Sequence record: ON631220.1
DNA: 64,000 nt
Direction: 5' to 3' (one strand)
Numbering within the stretch: the first letter of the stretch is position 1; each line of letters begins with the position of its first letter. Below, piece by piece: positions 19,523 to 28,980 of the stretch. The notes under the pieces are model-generated. The model did no database searches and had not been told where the DNA came from. It was given only the letters and a program-made list of their open reading frames with translations. Made by a program: the position numbers and the translations under genes.

Positions 19523-19825
19523 AGCGTCGATACTTTCTTAGGAAAACCCTTTAATATCACGTTCTACAGTCTGCTGACCCATATGTTAGCTAACCAAATG
19601 AATATGGTAGCTGAAGAGTTTATCTGGACTGGTGGTGATGTACATATTTACTCTAACCACCAAGAACAAACCGATCTTCAATTAACTCGTGAACCGAAGG
19701 TTCTACCTACCATTCGTTTTAAAGAAGAAGCTATTGGTAAAGATATTCGGGAAATTGGTGTAGATGATTTTGTTATCGAGAACTACGAATATCATCCACA
19801 CATTGCTGGCAAAGTTGCTGTCTAA
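19523..19825 (+). CDS. thyA: Thymidylate synthase, exon 2
   Basis: SVDTFLGKPFNITFYSLLTHMLA...GDVHIYSNH...IAGKVAV, in frame with track ORF 19583. Confidence 0.95.
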   Translation, partial: SVDTFLGKPFNITFYSLLTHMLANQMNMVAEEFIWTGGDVHIYSNHQEQTDLQLTREPKVLPTIRFKEEAIGKDIREIGVDDFVIENYEYHPHIAGKVAV

Positions 19826-19832
19826 CATAAAT

Positions 19833-19850
19833 GCCTCCCTTCGGGGAGGC
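19833..19850 (+). terminator. Intrinsic terminator (UUCG)
   Basis: gcctccc-ttcg-gggaggc-tttattt. Confidence 0.85.
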
Positions 19851-19932
19851 TTTATTTCCCTTGGAGAAATTCGATGTTCATGTATCTGGATATCGGTAAA
19901 GAAGAGAAATTTCGAATGATTAAGGTGACCAC

Positions 19933-20769
19933 ATGATTGATCCACGACATCCAGTTAGCGATGAGATGCGCGCAATCATCGATGCTGAACTTAATCGCAT
20001 CGAAAAGAAATATGGTGTAAAGGTTATCTATGCCTGTGAGTCCGGTAGTCGTGGATGGGGCTTTGCTTCAACCAATAGTGACTATGACGTTCGTTTCATT
20101 TACATTAACCATCCGAGTCATTATGTTCGTGTGGATAATGAAGCACGTGATACTATTGAAGAGATGGTGTCTAAAGAACTAGACCTGGCTGGTTGGAGTA
20201 TCACTAAGACTCTTCAACTTGCTTACAAGTCTAACCCCACTCTCTTGGAATGGCTAAACTCCCCAATCGTTTACCGTAAGGTTGATCGGGACTACAAGTT
20301 AATCCGTGATGCTGCGCTAAAGCACTTCATCCCTGAATCGAGTTACATGCATTATATCTCGATGGCCAAACAAACCAAAATGCGTTGGTTGTCAGATGAG
20401 AAGGTCCGGATGAAGAAATACTTCTATTCTCTTCGTCCTCTGTTGGCTGCAATGTGGGTCCGTGAAAGTCTGGAACATCCACCGATGGTATTCCATGATC
20501 TACTGCCTCTTCTAACAGATCCTATCCTTTATAAACGTATCCAAGAACTGGTTAATGATAAGGTTGGGGCTACTGAACAGGATCTGATAGATCGTTGCCC
20601 TATATTAGATCAGTTCATCGATTTTCAATTGAGTCGTGAGAAACCAGACTTCGGTAAATACGAACGTCCGGACATCTATGCACTTACCGATCTAGCCTGG
20701 CATTTTGTTGACCAGTACAAGATCGACACATTCGCGAAACTACAGGGTACCGAACGAAGAAAATATTAG
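19933..20769 (+). CDS. DNA polymerase beta-superfamily nucleotidyltransferase (YcgL/PF10127-like)
   Basis: YACESGSRGWGFASTNSDYDVRFIY, NPTLLEWL, KKYFYSLRPLLA. Confidence 0.9.
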   Translation: MIDPRHPVSDEMRAIIDAELNRIEKKYGVKVIYACESGSRGWGFASTNSDYDVRFIYINHPSHYVRVDNEARDTIEEMVSKELDLAGWSITKTLQLAYKSNPTLLEWLNSPIVYRKVDRDYKLIRDAALKHFIPESSYMHYISMAKQTKMRWLSDEKVRMKKYFYSLRPLLAAMWVRESLEHPPMVFHDLLPLLTDPILYKRIQELVNDKVGATEQDLIDRCPILDQFIDFQLSREKPDFGKYERPDIYALTDLAWHFVDQYKIDTFAKLQGTERRKY

Positions 20770-20818
20770 TCAATAAAGAAAAAAGTTTAATACCATCTTA
20801 TTAAAAGGAAAATATTTT

Positions 20819-21319
20819 ATGCTATTTAAAGATGAACTATGCATCGAAAATATCTTAGTAAAAGAAAAACTATATCTAGTTAAAAATATTGGTCGGACTC
20901 GTGAGGTATATCCTAATCCAGAAGTAATATATAAGGATATTAAGAAGTTCACTAAAACGTATGGTGTGATTCCAATGCAGTTCTTAGGACCACTACTTCA
21001 TGAAATCGTTGAACGAGAAGATTTCGCCTTAAGAGAAAAAGAAGCACAGAAATTCATTGATAATAATCCTTATACTTTAATTGAATATGGTAGCAGTTTT
21101 CATATTTACTACCTTATTCGTAATTATATTATCCCAACTACTACTGATCCAGATTGTAATAAATTCACTATTAATCTTTATAAGTATAAAGAATTTCTAG
21201 AAGAGGTTACTAATAGGTTAAACATGCCACCTTTTTTGGACGCCGGTGAACCTTATCGTAATTTCTTACTGACGATGCGTGAACGTCTACTTACCATCCA
21301 GGATATTGTGGAAAATTAA
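20819..21319 (+). CDS. Hypothetical protein
   Basis: AAGGA SD. Confidence 0.75.
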   Translation: MLFKDELCIENILVKEKLYLVKNIGRTREVYPNPEVIYKDIKKFTKTYGVIPMQFLGPLLHEIVEREDFALREKEAQKFIDNNPYTLIEYGSSFHIYYLIRNYIIPTTTDPDCNKFTINLYKYKEFLEEVTNRLNMPPFLDAGEPYRNFLLTMRERLLTIQDIVEN

Positions 21320-21343
21320 TGAAGTTTAGAATGTTAAAAGTTA

Positions 21344-21712
21344 ATGTATTCAATTTACTCTACTACATACTTTACCCTACTCCATATTGGGGTAGGGGTA
21401 TTAAGGTGGAGTATAAATATGTCAAGCAACAAACTAACTGTACAACTTAATCGTCATCACAATACTCGTATAGTTAATTATTATGTTTCACTAGCCGCGA
21501 GTCTTTATAATGACACTAATCCTTCAGCAAAGGCTAAAGGTAAATGGCGTAAACATAATCCGTTTAACTGCGGTAGGTCTCGTTGTATGCTATGTGGTAA
21601 TCCGCGTAAACATTGGAATAGGATTACTCTTAATGAATTAAAAATAAATATTTCATTAAAAGAGCAACTCAATGATCTTTATGTAGATTATACTACGCTG
21701 ACTGAGGATTAA
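21344..21712 (+). CDS. Basic protein with H-x4-C-x4-C-x2-C-GNPR putative Zn site (likely start ~21419)
   Basis: KHNPFNCGRSRCMLCGNPRKH. Confidence 0.65.
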   Translation: MYSIYSTTYFTLLHIGVGVLRWSINMSSNKLTVQLNRHHNTRIVNYYVSLAASLYNDTNPSAKAKGKWRKHNPFNCGRSRCMLCGNPRKHWNRITLNELKINISLKEQLNDLYVDYTTLTED

Positions 21713-21783
21713 ATTATGCATGAAGAATATGAAGCAATTTAATAGTTTAGATTAACCATTTGAAATAAATTTGGAATTAGCAA

Positions 21784-21906
21784 ATGAAAGTTAAAAATAA
21801 GCAACAGCCTAAGTTTGTCAATCTAGCTACTATGCAAGCTGCTTGGCGGCTTAATAATGCAGAACTCAAAGCTAAACGTGAAGCTAAAGAAAAGCAAAAA
21901 GAATAA
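21784..21906 (+). CDS. 40-aa basic micro-protein, not in the ORF track
   Basis: MKVKNKQQPKFVNLATMQAAWRLNNAELKAKREAKEKQKE, followed by a terminator at 21925-21949. Confidence 0.55.
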   Translation: MKVKNKQQPKFVNLATMQAAWRLNNAELKAKREAKEKQKE

Positions 21907-22047
21907 AACTATTTAGTTGCATAAAGAGAGAGGAATTTATCCTCTCTCTTTTTATGTTGTTTTATAATTTGTATACTACAGGTATATTTCAATATGGAAT
22001 CTTACTTACACGTACCATTCTAGATAGAAATATCCTAACTGATATGT

Positions 22048-22575
22048 TTGTTCTTTATTCTCGGATCACTGAACCTAAAGAGGATTTTTAAGATGGTTGA
22101 GCATTTAAATAAAGATAACTTCTTTTCATGGGGTGCTGTAGTAGGTGGTGCGCTATTACAGTATTTTGAAAATGGTAAACTTGAAGGTGGGTATGATATA
22201 TTTAAATTCAGTGATGATGTCAACGGCCTAGTTATTACAGGTGGTATAACGCATCGAAAAAATATCGGGATCCTGAGTGGTCAAGGTGATGATGAAGATC
22301 TGTTTTTAGTATTTGTCATAAGTAATACCAATAATCCATATGTCGTATGGTATTATGATATTTATAAAGATAATGAAGGTATTTGTTTTACGAATGCTTC
22401 ACCTACCAGTGGTCGTATTTTTAAATCAGATACTGATGAAAATAATGACCTGTCGATAAGTCAATTACTTAAAGTAGTTAAATACCTAGTAGATGAACGA
22501 GTCCGTTTAAATAAAAATATAGTTAATTTACCAGGTTATGAAATCATTGAAGAAGATAAAGACTTTCAACTATAA
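22048..22575 (+). CDS. Hypothetical protein (start uncertain)
   Basis: ORF track; terminator at 22602-22621. Confidence 0.7.
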   Translation: MFFILGSLNLKRIFKMVEHLNKDNFFSWGAVVGGALLQYFENGKLEGGYDIFKFSDDVNGLVITGGITHRKNIGILSGQGDDEDLFLVFVISNTNNPYVVWYYDIYKDNEGICFTNASPTSGRIFKSDTDENNDLSISQLLKVVKYLVDERVRLNKNIVNLPGYEIIEEDKDFQL

Positions 22576-22639
22576 TAAGTCTTTTACAAAGTTACCATAA
22601 AGGCCTCCCTTCGGGGAGGCCTTTATATTGTGTTTTTTT

Positions 22640-22672
22640 TGTATTCAAACATATTTAAACAGTATATTACTA
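22640..22672 (+). promoter_or_regulatory. Early promoter (TTTAAACAG-TATATTAC)
   Basis: TATATTAC at 22663-22670 right after a terminator. Confidence 0.85.
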
Positions 22673-22706
22673 ATATGAATTCAATCTTGAAAAAAGGAGA
22701 TATATC

Positions 22707-23036
22707 ATGAATGTGTCAACTATTTCCACTGGTGTTCTGGTACTAGGTGGCATCGCATTTGGTTACCATCTCTTTGATGGGGCACGCTCCATTTATAAAG
22801 AATGGTCGATGGAATACATTTACAAAAAGCAAATGGCTAAGGTAAAGGAGCAGCTTACCGAATATGAAAACAAGTATGTTGAGATTCCATCAATAGCTGA
22901 AATAAATATCTATATCGAACCAGTTCTAACTGAAGCTTTAAATAAACTTGATCGGTATAGTTACAACTGCTTCTTACATGATGTCGAGCAGTACATCGAG
23001 TTTATCATTGATAATTATCGTGTAGTTAATCGATAA
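22707..23036 (+). CDS. Monocistronic early membrane-anchored protein
   Basis: AAGGAG SD; N-terminal TM helix; own promoter and terminator. Confidence 0.85.
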   Translation: MNVSTISTGVLVLGGIAFGYHLFDGARSIYKEWSMEYIYKKQMAKVKEQLTEYENKYVEIPSIAEINIYIEPVLTEALNKLDRYSYNCFLHDVEQYIEFIIDNYRVVNR

Positions 23037-23048
23037 TAAGAGCATATG

Positions 23049-23102
23049 GCCCTCCCTTCGGGGAGGGCTATTGCACTAAATTTTATTTGAGATATATATT
23101 AC
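23049..23102 (+). promoter_or_regulatory. Terminator + early promoter cassette (first 45 bp = copy of 7379..7423)
   Basis: UUCG hairpin, then TATATTAC at 23095-23102. Confidence 0.9.
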
Positions 23103-23147
23103 ATGTGTGTATTACAAAATCAAATTAATTTGTCGAGGTTTTAATAG

Positions 23148-23585
23148 ATGGACGTAGTTACTAACATTTGGGAGGACGTTCTTACGAACGTGCATCACAA
23201 ACTAAAGGTAATGGCCACTACTGCTGGCGATGTCATTCATATAGTGGAACCCAAATTAAATGAAATGATTAAATCGAATATTAATCAACTACAGACAGAA
23301 AGGTATAGTCTTAGTTTAAACAAAACTAAAGACAATAAATACTACGCAAAATACCATGATAATCATCATGGCTGGGATGTTTATTTATTTGTTGAACAAA
23401 CTAGGTATGGGGCTATTGTTGGTAGTGGATTACGCCATCGTGCTAAAGAAGCTTGGGGTCTTAATAAATTCAGAGAATATAATCTTATCAAAGTAAGGTG
23501 TACTCGACAAAATAGTGTTGTTGATAGTATTGTCTTCTTCGACGATCCATCTGAATATTTTCTTAGAACTGTAAATAAATTTTAA
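23148..23585 (+). CDS. Hypothetical early protein
   Basis: GAGG SD. Confidence 0.8.
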   Translation: MDVVTNIWEDVLTNVHHKLKVMATTAGDVIHIVEPKLNEMIKSNINQLQTERYSLSLNKTKDNKYYAKYHDNHHGWDVYLFVEQTRYGAIVGSGLRHRAKEAWGLNKFREYNLIKVRCTRQNSVVDSIVFFDDPSEYFLRTVNKF

Positions 23586-23605
23586 ATTAACTAAAAGGTA
23601 AAAAA

Positions 23606-24505
23606 ATGAATAATCTACAAGTTAATACCAATATTAAAGAATTACATAAACTTCTAATCTGTAATATTATTGATGGTAAACTAATTGAATATAATGACAT
23701 TGTGAAAGAACTGAAAATTACTAATGATGAATTAGATAATCTACTAATAGCTATTTCAAAGCTATCTGATACACCAATTAATAATATCTTTAAATCACTT
23801 TCACTAGCAATTGATCTACGTACGATTACATCCGTCATTGAAAAACTTAGTAATTCTACGAAGCTATCTAAAAAAGAAATCCAGCTAGATCTGTTAACTA
23901 GGTTAGGAATAAAAGATAATTATTTTTCGAATAGTTTTACCAATGTGTATCATGAACTAAGTGATATTATCAAAAAGCTTGAATATAGTGATAAACTATA
24001 TCAATCAGATTATCAAAACTTTATTATTGATAAAGTAACTAGTCATTTTAAAGATGTATTATATTCAGCTGGTTATGCAATCAATGATATTTATAAGTAC
24101 ACTGATTCTAAAGTAGTTAATGTAGATAAAAATGGACTATTGGTAGGTATGAGTATTACCAATTATAGCTTCCATAATAAGGATGAACCAATTAGGACTA
24201 TTGGTTTTTCATTAATTGATAAAACCGAGCGTTGTGTTGGAAAATCTGAAACTATTAAAAAGTTTGATGTTGAAGATTTTCTTAATACAATGGATACTAT
24301 CAATATTAATCATAATGATATTATGTTTTTCTCAAAGCAGTATCGAGAAAAAGACTTAGCCATTCATAATGCGATCATGAATGAATTTAAGGTGAACAAG
24401 ATTTCAAATGATACACGTGATAATATAATATCTTATCATATTGCCATGATGGGACATAACTGTATTATCTCATTTAATCACAGTGGGCTCCTATTAAAAA
24501 TTTAA
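23606..24505 (+). CDS. Hypothetical protein
   Basis: 299-aa ORF with AAGG SD. Confidence 0.8.
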   Translation: MNNLQVNTNIKELHKLLICNIIDGKLIEYNDIVKELKITNDELDNLLIAISKLSDTPINNIFKSLSLAIDLRTITSVIEKLSNSTKLSKKEIQLDLLTRLGIKDNYFSNSFTNVYHELSDIIKKLEYSDKLYQSDYQNFIIDKVTSHFKDVLYSAGYAINDIYKYTDSKVVNVDKNGLLVGMSITNYSFHNKDEPIRTIGFSLIDKTERCVGKSETIKKFDVEDFLNTMDTININHNDIMFFSKQYREKDLAIHNAIMNEFKVNKISNDTRDNIISYHIAMMGHNCIISFNHSGLLLKI

Positions 24506-24563
24506 TAGAATATTAATTAAAAAATTATCTTATGTAGTCAATCTAATTAAGGAAACAAAAAGA

Positions 24564-24920
24564 ATGCCAACTTATATTGAATTAATCAATATTGTCAATG
24601 ACGATACTCCTGAAGATGATGCAGTTATTAGTGATCTGATGAGCCAAATGAATGATAAACAAACTGTTCTTGACAGTTGTCGTATCAATCATAAAGGATA
24701 TGCTTATTTCAAGTTCCATGTTAAGGGATCAATTAGTAAGGATAAACTTAAGGCTCTAAATGAAACTTTAAAAGATTCTAATCTTGTTGTGACTGATGCT
24801 AGTACACAACGTGGTTTCATGCCACCTAATAAGTTTGATGATATCACTTATACTGAAGAGAGTGTTGGTTATAGGGCAATGGTCTGGACAAGCTTCACTA
24901 TTGAAAAGCTACTTGTATAA
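24564..24920 (+). CDS. Probable late/virion protein (position resembles phiKZ minor capsid protein gp244; inference from recalled gene order)
   Basis: TATGTAG late-promoter-like motif at ~24530; AAGGA SD; terminator at 24923-24940. Confidence 0.55.
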   Translation: MPTYIELINIVNDDTPEDDAVISDLMSQMNDKQTVLDSCRINHKGYAYFKFHVKGSISKDKLKALNETLKDSNLVVTDASTQRGFMPPNKFDDITYTEESVGYRAMVWTSFTIEKLLV

Positions 24921-24970
24921 TAAGAGCCCTTCGGGGCTCTTTCTATTTCGCAATTAGGTATCTGTATTAA

Positions 24971-25405
24971 ATGGATAAGTATCCTATTCTACAAGCTATG
25001 TCTAAAGAAGAGGCATTTAGACTTTTAGACATACAAGGTGAGTTTAGAAAAACTCAAATGAAAGAAAGGTATTGGAATGAGGAAACTGGTCTATGGTGGT
25101 GGGAACAACATCCCGATGTGAAATTAAGGATAGTTGCCGCCTGCAATAGATGGAAGGATGTTTATTTCATTGCAGCGAGGCATTCATCAATCATAATGAC
25201 TCAACAACAGCTAATGTATGGTGGTCTTAAGGTATTGCATGAATATGCAGGAGATGATCATGAACAAGGTTTTATTGATCAGTATGAAAACTTCCACTCT
25301 AGGGAAGAAGCAGTAATTATCGCTAAGAATAATAATCAGTTATATCGAGCTGAATTAGAAAATAGATTAGTAACTAAATATTTATTTAGTGAAGACCTAT
25401 ATTAG
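24971..25405 (+). CDS. Conserved-looking phage hypothetical protein (QGFIDQ...REEA...LFSEDLY)
   Basis: RIVAAC, ARH, EQGFIDQ, SREEAVIIA and LFSEDLY motifs. Confidence 0.75.
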   Translation: MDKYPILQAMSKEEAFRLLDIQGEFRKTQMKERYWNEETGLWWWEQHPDVKLRIVAACNRWKDVYFIAARHSSIIMTQQQLMYGGLKVLHEYAGDDHEQGFIDQYENFHSREEAVIIAKNNNQLYRAELENRLVTKYLFSEDLY

Positions 25406-25435
25406 GTTTCCAATAATTTAAATAGGAATATAGCT

Positions 25436-26092
25436 ATGCTAATGAATGAAATTATCGATATTCTAGAAGGAGGGAAAGAGAATATTCTCTTAACTAACCA
25501 TCTAGGTAATGGCAAATATTCCAATGCGGGTAATGCAATGGCTGCATCATATGCCATTGCGGCACATACTGCTGTTGGTCAATTGCGAGATGGTTCAGGA
25601 AAACCTTACTGGCATCATTTATTACAAGTAGCTGAGATGGCGCAATTATTCGACCTATCTCACGCTGCTTATAAAGCAGCATGGTTACATGATGTAATTG
25701 AGGATACTGCTGTAACTGCTTCTGATCTAACTAAACTATTCTCAATCCCTGTTGTTAATTTAGTAACTGAACTAACAAATGTAACTTACGAAGGTAATCG
25801 TAAAACTAGGATTAGTTTACAACATGAAAGACTTTCTCGCATTTCATGGAGTGGTCAATCTCTTAAGTTACTAGATTCCATTTCAAACATGTGGTCGATT
25901 GTTAATGATAAGCCTGATTTTGCTGAACTGTATCTGACTGAGAAAGCTCAACTAATCAGTAAGTTAAATAATTGTCACCCCGCTATTAAAGATCTGGCTA
26001 TATCTGTTCTCTATGGCAGGTGTACTATGGTTGGTGGGGATGCACTAAAAGAATATAATAAACTATTTTCTGATAATGAAATTGTATGTTAA
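25436..26092 (+). CDS. HD-domain (p)ppGpp hydrolase-like protein (Mesh1/small alarmone hydrolase type)
   Basis: AH-x3-Q-x-R, PYWHHLLQVA, AWLHDVIEDT, VTELT and KLLDSISN motifs. Confidence 0.85.
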   Translation: MLMNEIIDILEGGKENILLTNHLGNGKYSNAGNAMAASYAIAAHTAVGQLRDGSGKPYWHHLLQVAEMAQLFDLSHAAYKAAWLHDVIEDTAVTASDLTKLFSIPVVNLVTELTNVTYEGNRKTRISLQHERLSRISWSGQSLKLLDSISNMWSIVNDKPDFAELYLTEKAQLISKLNNCHPAIKDLAISVLYGRCTMVGGDALKEYNKLFSDNEIVC

Positions 26093-26110
26093 AATAATTA
26101 CTTAATATAC

Positions 26111-26178
26111 ACCCTCCCTTCGGGGAGGGTTTTATTTATCTTTTTTTGTATTTAAACTATTTAAAAAGCTATATTACA
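26111..26178 (+). promoter_or_regulatory. Terminator (UUCG) + early promoter cassette
   Basis: accctccc-ttcg-gggagggt at 26111-26130; TATATTAC at 26170-26177. Confidence 0.85.
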
Positions 26179-26210
26179 AATATGAATTTAATAACCAAGA
26201 GGGCAATACA

Positions 26211-26474
26211 ATGACTGAACGTTTGAAATCCGTATGGTGCGCTTGCAGCTTACTGCGTGAACGCTGGAGACACATCCAAGACATTGCTGTCGGGGATGAA
26301 CATCATGTCATAGTAAAAAACGATATGCTGATGGTGTTTCGTGGTCAAGTACCGGTAGGTAGCATGTACCGGGGTGACAGTGACCCACTCATCTACGAGG
26401 GTGGTGCACTGGAAGAATTTACTAAAGTTGTATTGGATTTAGAATTCAATACTCGTGGTGAAACCAATAGTTAA
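26211..26474 (+). CDS. Hypothetical early protein
   Basis: GAGGG SD; first gene after the promoter. Confidence 0.8.
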   Translation: MTERLKSVWCACSLLRERWRHIQDIAVGDEHHVIVKNDMLMVFRGQVPVGSMYRGDSDPLIYEGGALEEFTKVVLDLEFNTRGETNS

Positions 26475-26500
26475 TAAAATTAATTTTGAGGTAATTCATT

Positions 26501-26908
26501 ATGAAATATGTAATTGCATTTATGTTGTCTATTGTAACTATCACTGCTAACTCGGCTGTCATGTACACTAATCGTGATTCATGCATCGAGTTTGTAAAAC
26601 AGGCAGATGAATTGTTTGTAAAAGGTGCATCTGTAACTGAAGTGCAAATGAAGACTTATGAAAGGATTCATTATATCCTTAATAACACTAAAGATCTAAA
26701 GATCAACCAGTCTAAAGTTGAAGAACTCACTGGTCTATTTTACCTATGGTCTAAGGTAGATAAAATGGCAATTGAGGCAAGTTTGCCACGTGCAACAAAT
26801 GCTGCTAAAGTCTATAAGACCACTCCTGAGAAATTCATCATTAATGGTTATTTCCAGCGTTGTGTAGCGGCAGGTGCGTTTGAAGCAAAACCACTTACTC
26901 TAAAATAA
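26501..26908 (+). CDS. Secreted two-cysteine helical protein
   Basis: Signal peptide ...ITANSA; RDSC...FQRCVAAG. Confidence 0.85.
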   Translation: MKYVIAFMLSIVTITANSAVMYTNRDSCIEFVKQADELFVKGASVTEVQMKTYERIHYILNNTKDLKINQSKVEELTGLFYLWSKVDKMAIEASLPRATNAAKVYKTTPEKFIINGYFQRCVAAGAFEAKPLTLK

Positions 26909-26920
26909 TGGAGGTACAAC

Positions 26921-27280
26921 ATGCTTAAGAATTGGCTATTATTCCTTTTCCTGCCAATCCTGTCCATTGCATGTCAGCCTGCCCACGCTGTAGAAGTGGG
27001 TATTACTAAGAAATCATGTAATGTGGCAGTAAATCTTTCACAAAAAGCAACTGAGCTTTATGATAAGAACCTATCCCAATTTGAGATAATGATGCAGTTA
27101 GACATGATCTCTCGTAAGGATATGGATGACTTGGAGTTCTATGCAGGTGCGGTATATGCCAAGTTAAACTTAGTTGATATTCGAGTAAATAAACGAAAAG
27201 GATTTACCAATGGAGCTATCCTAGATAGGTTAGCTGAAAATTGTGTTGAAGCAATTGGTACTAAATTTAACTTGGAGTAG
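26921..27280 (+). CDS. Secreted two-cysteine helical protein
   Basis: Signal peptide ...QPAHA; KKSC...AENCVEAIG. Confidence 0.85.
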   Translation: MLKNWLLFLFLPILSIACQPAHAVEVGITKKSCNVAVNLSQKATELYDKNLSQFEIMMQLDMISRKDMDDLEFYAGAVYAKLNLVDIRVNKRKGFTNGAILDRLAENCVEAIGTKFNLE

Positions 27281-27283
27281 ACT

Positions 27284-28078
27284 ATGATTAGTATCTATAT
27301 TGTCATTATGCTCATGGCTATGCTAGCTGCATTGACATGTGGTAATTTGGTAGATAGTTGGGTAAGGCCAGCTATTCTAAAATGGTTGAATGATGATGTT
27401 GCTATTCATTTCACCAAGGCCACCTGGATGGTTGGGGGAATCCCTAATGATGTTCCAGTGCAACTAGGTAAAGCTGTTTGGTTACCCAAATACGTGGGTG
27501 ATGGAATACGTCTTTACATTACGGCTGATGAAATAAAATTTGGATGGAATGGTAAAGAAAAAGATGCTTTAGCACGAGCCATTGTTGAAGTTATCTTTAT
27601 CGGTAAGAATCCAAATAGTAAACTTCTTGAAGTAAGTATTAAACCTATTTGGTTACACCCTTCTATCCAAAAAGAAAGTTTCTATTTAATGTTTGATTGG
27701 GAAAAGCTTTATACAAAAAATGAAGAGATGCGTATTTGTTGGAAGACAATACGTCACACTTTTTTCTATGGATTCCTAGGTTTGATATTTGGCGGTAGTG
27801 CCAATGCAGATAACCTTGTATTAACTGAACGTGGATGTGACCAATATGAAGCAATGGTGAGAACTATTGCATCTAAAGCTTATATTGGATTAGATCCAGT
27901 TATGGGTAGGGAATTCATTATTAATGATCCTGATATGTTAAATGCCCGTGAGAAAGCACAACGTAATACCCGTATCATTATCGATATGGTGGAAACTGGA
28001 CAAGAACCCAAAGACATTGCATTATGGATGAATACTCAATGTAAACAAGAAGCAGTGTCAAATTTAATCAAACAGTAA
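27284..28078 (+). CDS. Membrane protein fused in frame to a secreted two-cysteine module (possible internal start at 27728)
   Basis: N-terminal TM; internal signal peptide ...GGSANA; ERGC...NTQC. Confidence 0.7.
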   Translation: MISIYIVIMLMAMLAALTCGNLVDSWVRPAILKWLNDDVAIHFTKATWMVGGIPNDVPVQLGKAVWLPKYVGDGIRLYITADEIKFGWNGKEKDALARAIVEVIFIGKNPNSKLLEVSIKPIWLHPSIQKESFYLMFDWEKLYTKNEEMRICWKTIRHTFFYGFLGLIFGGSANADNLVLTERGCDQYEAMVRTIASKAYIGLDPVMGREFIINDPDMLNAREKAQRNTRIIIDMVETGQEPKDIALWMNTQCKQEAVSNLIKQ

Positions 28079-28091
28079 AAAAGGCATAGAT

Positions 28092-28475
28092 ATGAAAAGA
28101 AATTTTGAAGATGATCACGTGGTAATGGCAGTGGAAGTATATGAGAAACTGAAAGAAGCTGCTGCTTATTCATTACACTCTTCTGAAATTAGTAAGATCG
28201 AACGACATATGCGTAAGTTTAATCGTGTTCAACGCGATAAACATATTGAAAATATGCATATGGAAATGCTTGAGAAACGCGAGGCTATTAGAAAAGCAAA
28301 ATCTTTCTTTTCTCAAAATGCCGGTAAAATTGGTTGCGTAGTAGATAGGCTTGTCAAAGTATGTGAAGTGTATAAAATGGATAAGTCTATGGTGGTTGTT
28401 GAGTTTCTCCAACATAAATCTAAAATTAAAGTTCCAGTAAATCCTGAAAAAATTACTATTCTTACCATTAAATAA
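28092..28475 (+). CDS. Hypothetical protein, paralogue of 2575..3177
   Basis: VVMAVEVYEKL...IERHMRKFN...IRKAKSFF aligns with VIMSIEMYNSL...IQRHVRKMN...IREARAFF. Confidence 0.8.
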   Translation: MKRNFEDDHVVMAVEVYEKLKEAAAYSLHSSEISKIERHMRKFNRVQRDKHIENMHMEMLEKREAIRKAKSFFSQNAGKIGCVVDRLVKVCEVYKMDKSMVVVEFLQHKSKIKVPVNPEKITILTIK

Positions 28476-28492
28476 ATGAAGAAGGATTTAAA

Positions 28493-28948
28493 ATGAAAAA
28501 TGTAATTGCAGCAGCTTTCGCTGGTCTCATTGCCATTACCGGTATCATGTTCAATACCGCAATGGCTGAAATCAAGATTGGTAAAAAAGATGCTCAACTC
28601 ACTGTGCAGTCGTGTGCAATGGTTGAAACCATTACTAAACAAGCTGTATTTCGAATGAGTGAAGGTCATAGCGCAGATGAAGTTGGTGTGCTTATGCTCA
28701 ACAACTCTGCTAAACTCAAAGATGAGTTGGATACCAATAATTGGATTGCGTTAACATTCGTATTCAATAGTCTTAATAAAATCAATAATGACCTTAACAG
28801 TAAAGAGATCCATGATTATATCCGTAGTCAAGGTTACAATGTGACTACTCCTAATCTGGCAGCTTTTATCAGCGGGTATTATGGCAATTACTGCATGAAG
28901 CATATTGGTGAGAAATTCACTCACATGGTAATTGTTGAACTCATTTAA
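28493..28948 (+). CDS. Secreted two-cysteine helical protein
   Basis: Signal peptide ...NTAMA; VQSC...GNYCMKHIG. Confidence 0.85.
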   Translation: MKNVIAAAFAGLIAITGIMFNTAMAEIKIGKKDAQLTVQSCAMVETITKQAVFRMSEGHSADEVGVLMLNNSAKLKDELDTNNWIALTFVFNSLNKINNDLNSKEIHDYIRSQGYNVTTPNLAAFISGYYGNYCMKHIGEKFTHMVIVELI

Positions 28949-28980
28949 TTCATATCGAATACTTTCAAAAGGAAAATAGG

